Part shown: in pieces, positions 16,310 through 16,631 of the stretch
Layout of the letters: every line of letters starts with the position of its first letter
How positions within the stretch are numbered: the first letter of the stretch is position 1
Assembly (NCBI GenBank): GCA_003135555.1
Contig: PLCF01000011.1
Location: 1 to 16,631 of the forward strand
Direction: 5' to 3'
Source of the DNA: Vulcanimicrobiota bacterium
GTDB lineage: Bacteria; Vulcanimicrobiota; Vulcanimicrobiia; Vulcanimicrobiales; Vulcanimicrobiaceae
Length of the DNA stretch: 16,631 bases
The notes under the pieces: model-generated
Database searches by the model: none
What the model saw: only the letters and a program-made list of their open reading frames with translations
What the model was told of the DNA's origin: nothing
Position numbers and translations under genes: made by a program

Positions 16310-16338
16310 TTGAGGTGATACCGCGGACGCTGTATAAT
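16310..16338 (+). promoter_or_regulatory. Sigma70 promoter
   Basis: TTGAGG, 17 bp, TATAAT; ATG at 16348 with no Shine-Dalgarno (near leaderless). Confidence 0.65.
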
Positions 16339-16347
16339 ATGACCGCG

Positions 16348-16631
16348 ATGTCAGAGTCGTTTACCGATGAGATGCTCAAGGCCGTTGCAGCCGCGAACGA
16401 TTTGTTGAAGCGCGAACTTCGGCGTGCCGTAGCAGAAGGTCACTCAATTCATTTCATGCGCGAAGGCCGGATCATCGAGCGAACCCGTGAGGGTGACTTT
16501 GAACTCGTCAAGGTCGGCGATGCTTTGGTGCGCGCGACGCAAGCAGCGTCTGAGACCTCGAGTCAAGCACTGATTGCATACAGAGGCGAAGTTAGCGATC
16601 TGGAGCGAATCGCGATAGAGGACGAAGACAC
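16348..16631 (+). CDS. Hypothetical protein, truncated by window end (not in the ORF track)
   Basis: Open frame MSESFTDEMLKAVAAANDLLKRELRRAVAEGHSIHFMREGRIIERTREGDFELVK... running to the window edge. Confidence 0.7.
   Translation, partial: MSESFTDEMLKAVAAANDLLKRELRRAVAEGHSIHFMREGRIIERTREGDFELVKVGDALVRATQAASETSSQALIAYRGEVSDLERIAIEDED

Larger units (their letters stand above)
1..16631. mobile_element. Integrative element / genomic island interior (boundaries not visible in window)
   Basis: Three tyrosine recombinase-family genes, two excisionase-like HTHs, an XRE regulator and toxin/defence-like cargo; no core genes. Confidence 0.8.

Noticed and set aside
1..16631. CRISPR array, tRNA, rRNA, retron or group II intron
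   Set aside because: No regularly spaced repeat-spacer array, cloverleaf, reverse transcriptase or domain V motif was seen.

Overview
GC-rich accessory region that reads as an integrative element or genomic island, with no housekeeping genes. Left part: an intact phage/ICE-type tyrosine integrase with a divergent XRE regulator and a Xis-like HTH. Next is a 2.15 kb segment bounded by a 32-bp inverted repeat (31/32 identical), each copy embedding an inward-facing sigma70-like promoter. Directly beyond it are two translationally coupled Cre-like tyrosine recombinase paralogs, one with a full catalytic set and one that has lost most of it. Right part: about 8.6 kb of defence/toxin-like cargo bracketed by a diverged direct repeat of 165-180 bp with a hairpin-rich 81-bp core. 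The cargo holds three predicted HEPN RNases, a PD-(D/E)xK-like nuclease, a Panacea antitoxin, membrane proteins and a roughly 800-nt gene-free structured stretch. The best candidate for a new system is the active plus pseudo-recombinase pair with the asymmetric 32-bp sites. All family calls come from motif recognition by eye, not database searches.
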